A DNA stretch of 64,000 bases from Chthoniobacteraceae bacterium. Its GTDB lineage: Bacteria; Verrucomicrobiota; Verrucomicrobiia; Chthoniobacterales; Chthoniobacteraceae. The first letter of the stretch is position 1. Every line of letters begins with the position of its first letter. Made by a program: the position numbers and the translations under genes. Below, piece after piece: positions 60,609 through 64,000 of the stretch. The stretch lies in NCBI GenBank assembly GCA_031409335.1, contig JANNWY010000196.1, positions 79,880 through 143,879 on the forward strand. The letters run 5' to 3'. The notes under the pieces were generated by a model, which worked only from the letters and a program-made list of their open reading frames with translations, did no database searches and was not told the origin of the DNA.

Positions 60609-61574
60609 CTACGGCTTCGTGATCTCGACGCGGTAGAATTTCGGCGTTCCCGTTGCGTTCAGGTCGGTAATTGTTCGTTCCTGGCCGGCGTCGCTGGGCG
60701 CGGAGGGATTTGTGAGCGGTGCGTAGCTGCCGGTGAGCAGGCTGGGCTTGGAGGTGATCGTGTAAGTGCGGTCGGTGAGGCGCGGGGCGAAGATCAGTTT
60801 CTTCTGCGCGGGCTGGCCGGGCACGCTTTGGATTTTGAGGGTGAAGCGCGAGCTGGCGTCGAGTGGGTTCAGGCCGGCGATGTATTTGAAAAGGTTCGTC
60901 TGCCCGGTGCCGCTCACGTCCGCATTCGGTCCCGCGTTCGCATTCGGCGGGAGGCCGAAGTATTGCACCTGCCAATCGTCGCCGACGCCATCGCTGGCAT
61001 ACGTGCCGAAGTTATCCGGGATGCTGTCGAGCACGGTGAGATTCAGGCTGCCGGTGTTGCCCGCAGAGGTGCCTTGCGCCGTCGCCGCCGTGTTTTGGAA
61101 AACGAGGCCTGCCGTCGCGAAGCCGGTGGCATTGATCGAAGTCAGCGGGCCGCTGGCGACGCTCCAGGTGACTTCCGTGGCGGCGACGGCGAGAAAAGTG
61201 GCATCGTCGAGCGATTGCCATGCGGCGAGTTGGAGCGTGCCGCCTTCGCTGAGCGTCAGCGGCGCGGCGGTGAGGGTGAGCCCGGTCACTTCGTAAAGCT
61301 GCGCGATGTAGCCGCTCTTCGCCGTCTCGGCGGGCGCGGCGACCGTGGAGATGCCTGAGACGCCGCCCACGCTGCCGTCATTCGTGTAGCTCGCGCTCGC
61401 GGTGCGTTTGCCGCCGGCGTCGGCGGTGTCGGTGGCGATGGTGTAACTCGCGGAGGTGCGCGAGCCGGCGTGAAGGTTAAATACCGGCACCAGCGCTAGG
61501 AGTAGCACTTGGAGCATCGGCGCGGAGCGAGCCTTCCAAGGCGGGGCAATTTGGAGGATGGACGATGGATTCAT
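60609..61574 (-). CDS. Secreted protein with Ig-like domain and verrucomicrobial C-terminal domain
   Basis: Signal peptide, SASYT repeats and an Ig-like VTWSV..INATG segment. The tail reads DDWQVQYFG..TNLFKYIAGLNP...KFYRVEI. Confidence 0.7.
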   Translation of the reverse strand: MNPSSILQIAPPWKARSAPMLQVLLLALVPVFNLHAGSRTSASYTIATDTADAGGKRTASASYTNDGSVGGVSGISTVAAPAETAKSGYIAQLYEVTGLTLTAAPLTLSEGGTLQLAAWQSLDDATFLAVAATEVTWSVASGPLTSINATGFATAGLVFQNTAATAQGTSAGNTGSLNLTVLDSIPDNFGTYASDGVGDDWQVQYFGLPPNANAGPNADVSGTGQTNLFKYIAGLNPLDASSRFTLKIQSVPGQPAQKKLIFAPRLTDRTYTITSKPSLLTGSYAPLTNPSAPSDAGQERTITDLNATGTPKFYRVEITKP

Positions 61575-61583
61575 GGGGATTGG

Positions 61584-63860
61584 TTAGAAGGAGACGATGG
61601 TTCCCGCAGAACTCAGCGGGATGAATTGCCCTCCGCCGATGTAGAGCAACTCAATGGCCGCGAACTGCCCACCGTCCAAGGAGCCAGCGCTACCGGAGGT
61701 TGTCGAAGAGGTAGGGCTGGGGATGTAAATTTGGCCAGGGTCCGCTACTGCGACCAGTTTGGTGCCATCGGAAGACGAGGCTACGGACCGCCAATCACGG
61801 GTTTTGCCGCGAGCAGTCCAAGTAACGCCGGAATCAATGGAGGTGTAAATCTGGTCAAACCGCGCCGTGGCGACGAGTTTGGCACCATCGGAGGATGATG
61901 CTACGGAATACCAAGGCCGGCTACTCTCGCGCACTGCCCACGTAGCTCCGGAGTCTATGGAGGTATAGATTTGGCCACCATCCACCACCGCGACCAGCTT
62001 AGTGCCATCGGAAGAAGACGCGACGGACCTCCAATTTTTGTTGCTCTCGCGAGCTGTCCAAGTAGCTCCAGAATCCGTGGAGGTATAAATCTGGCCGTTT
62101 TGCACCACGGTAACCAGCTTGGTGCCGGTCGAGGATGACGCGACAGATAACCAACTTCTGTTGCTCTCGCGAGCCGTCCATGTAGCTCCGGAATCCGTTG
62201 AGGTGTAAATCTGGCTGGAAGTTACCGCGACCAGCTCGGTGCCATCGGAGGACGACGCGAGGCGATTCCAAAGCCGGCTACTTTCCCTAGCTGTCCACGT
62301 AGCTCCGGAATCCACGGAGGTATAAATTTGACCACCAAACACTGCCGCAACGAGCTTGGTGCCATCGGAGGACGACGCGACGGAACTCCAGCTCCGGATG
62401 CTCTCACGGCCAGCCTCTAAGAACGACGGCATACTCCCGTTCGTCGAAATACTCTGCCCAGCGTTTTGCGCGATCTTCCATCCCCCGGTGCCCCAACCGG
62501 TGACTCGCACCACATCGCCCACCGTCGGGGAAGCGGGCAGCGTGATGGTGGTCTGCGAAGCACTCGTGGCAATGTAACCCGTCCTGGGTGCCGCCGACTG
62601 AGTGGTGCCCGCAATCGAGACCCAGGACAGCCCGCCCCCGACGCCCGTGAGCCCCGACCCATCGCCATGCACCACCCCGGTGAGATAAGTATCCGTCTGC
62701 GTCCCCGGCGTGCCGATGCGGATGGTGTTGGCCTCCCCCGCCACGCCCTCATTGCCGATGACGATGTTGTTGTTGCCGGTGGTGAGATTTTGCCCGGCCC
62801 TCCGGCCCAGAGCGATGTTCCCAAAACCGGTTGTGTTGTTCGCCAAGGCAGACCATCCGACAGCGGCATTGCCGGTTCCGGTAGTGTTGGAGAACAGCGA
62901 CACGATTCCGTTTGCAGTGTTTTCGGAGCCGGTCGTGTTGGAATAGAGCGCGCTAAACCCCGTGCCGGTGTTTTCGGAACCCGTAGTATTGGACTGGAGG
63001 ATAGCCGATCCAGCCGCCGTGTTAAAGTTCCCGGTCATCGTGAAATTTCCGGAGTTAGTGCCGACAAAGAAGTTGCCACTGCCGTAACTGTGAAAGAGAC
63101 GCGCGCCGTTCTGCATGATGACTCCGACGCTGAAACTCGTGGTAGTGGGGAGGGTAATGCCGCCGCCTAAATTGATCGTCCCAGCCGAGAAGTTCCCGCT
63201 GCCATCCCGTTTTACAAGAGCGCTGGCCGTGTTCGCACTCGTCGCTGCATTGGCGACGTTCGCGCCTGCGGCGACGCTTGCCGCGCTGGTACCACCAACT
63301 TGCATGACGACCGTGCCTAACTGGGTGCCGCCGACATCCCCGATCAATGAGCCGGTGAAGCTCGCGGCGCTCAACGCTATGCTGGCATTACCGACGAGGT
63401 TGCCGTTAAAGGTGCCGATCGTGACGCCACCGAGGGTGAGACCCGATGCCAGTTGAGTGCTACCCACTGCGCCGACGGCGATCTGCGTTCCAGCAACCGT
63501 GCCAGTAATGTTCGCGGCAGCCACCGAATTGGCGCTCGCCGCATTGGCTTCGGTCAAGGCCTGCCACTGGTTGTTCCCGATGTATTGCAGCCCCACCGTC
63601 GTCCCCGCCGCGCCCGCCAGCGGATTGGAGGTTGTTGTGGCCGCTGAGGTGTAGATTCGACCGCCGGTTGCTGTCGCGGCCAGCTTGCTCCCATCGGAGG
63701 ACGACGCCACGGCCCACCACGCGCGCACGCTGTCTCGCGCCGTCCAAGTCACACCGGAATTCGTGGAGGTGTAAAGCTGATCGCTCCGGGCTGCGGCGGT
63801 GAGTTTCACGCCGTCAGCCGACGAAGCAATGCCATACCACTGCCGGGCATTCTCCCTAGC
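61584..63860 (-). CDS. Fibre/adhesin-like protein with 14-aa NT(A/G).G..AL.SNTTG repeats and BNR/Asp-box propeller repeats, probably 5'-truncated
   Basis: Repeats of about 42 aa, W.SVASSSDGTKLVA...IYTS.DSGATWTARES. The ORF runs to 63950, but the first 30 codons look unrelated and lack a signal peptide. Confidence 0.7.
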   Translation of the reverse strand, partial: ARENARQWYGIASSADGVKLTAAARSDQLYTSTNSGVTWTARDSVRAWWAVASSSDGSKLAATATGGRIYTSAATTTSNPLAGAAGTTVGLQYIGNNQWQALTEANAASANSVAAANITGTVAGTQIAVGAVGSTQLASGLTLGGVTIGTFNGNLVGNASIALSAASFTGSLIGDVGGTQLGTVVMQVGGTSAASVAAGANVANAATSANTASALVKRDGSGNFSAGTINLGGGITLPTTTSFSVGVIMQNGARLFHSYGSGNFFVGTNSGNFTMTGNFNTAAGSAILQSNTTGSENTGTGFSALYSNTTGSENTANGIVSLFSNTTGTGNAAVGWSALANNTTGFGNIALGRRAGQNLTTGNNNIVIGNEGVAGEANTIRIGTPGTQTDTYLTGVVHGDGSGLTGVGGGLSWVSIAGTTQSAAPRTGYIATSASQTTITLPASPTVGDVVRVTGWGTGGWKIAQNAGQSISTNGSMPSFLEAGRESIRSWSSVASSSDGTKLVAAVFGGQIYTSVDSGATWTARESSRLWNRLASSSDGTELVAVTSSQIYTSTDSGATWTARESNRSWLSVASSSTGTKLVTVVQNGQIYTSTDSGATWTARESNKNWRSVASSSDGTKLVAVVDGGQIYTSIDSGATWAVRESSRPWYSVASSSDGAKLVATARFDQIYTSIDSGVTWTARGKTRDWRSVASSSDGTKLVAVADPGQIYIPSPTSSTTSGSAGSLDGGQFAAIELLYIGGGQFIPLSSAGTIVSF
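61730..62400 (-). repeat. Coding tandem repeat, about 126-nt period, five to six copies
   Basis: Recurring GGTGCCATCGGA(A/G)GA and TAGCTCCGGAATC blocks that encode Asp-box blades. Confidence 0.85.
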
Positions 63861-64000
63861 TAGAGCCTGTCCCACCGGTGGCCAGGCAAGGCGGGGCATG
63901 GGCTGGCGGGCGATAAGAAAAGAGGCATGAAGACGCGATTCGCGCTTCATGCCCCAAATTCGCGGTCTATAAGTCTGTGACCAAACAAAACTTCATCCCT
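63856..64000. mobile_element. Possible end of an insertion element interrupting the fibre-like gene
   Basis: The repeat pattern breaks at CTAGCTAG followed by AGCCTGTCCCA. A hairpin GGCATGAAG-acgcgattcgcg-CTTCATGCC lies at 63924-63953. No transposase is visible in the window. Confidence 0.3.

Noticed and set aside
61730..62400. CRISPR-like periodic repeats
   Set aside because: The period is about 126 nt, the units are degenerate and in frame, and they encode propeller blades. There are no unique spacers or cas genes.
61584..63950. Prophage
   Set aside because: Only a fibre-like gene is present, with no capsid, terminase, portal or integrase genes.

Overview
A high-GC, densely coding bacterial window. 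Its gene content points to Verrucomicrobiota, probably Chthoniobacterales-like (inference, not a database result): four PEP-CTERM proteins, barrel-less autotransporter-repeat giants, a PSCyt/PSD1 cytochrome, a PVC-type ECF sigma with a FecR-LamG anti-sigma, an H-X9-DG pilin-like gene and CotH/lamin-tail proteins. About 43 CDSs are supported. I recognised no tRNA, rRNA, CRISPR array or integrase. Housekeeping genes (sufT, murU/amgK-like, ubiE/menG, nnr, amidase, htrA, prpD) alternate with accessory surface-protein loci. Main observations: (1) A cobalamin riboswitch (about 9201-9392) heads a three-gene operon encoding a DUF4465/BtuJ-type PEP-CTERM protein, a BtuH-like surface protein and a type IV pilin-like protein, with no BtuB or BtuFCD. 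This is a candidate pilus-associated B12-capture system. (2) An operon encodes a helical-repeat protein, two CotH kinases and a phosphodiesterase between them; both kinases lack the first Asp of the WDxD motif. (3) Three unrelated secreted proteins share a C-terminal domain of about 130 aa. (4) A 17-kb block of giant surface genes lies between intact prpD and a diverged prpD remnant. (5) Two genes are each broken by a single in-frame stop. (6) Short repeat and palindrome elements sit in frame inside a protein. All family calls come from motif recognition by eye and need HMM or covariance-model confirmation.
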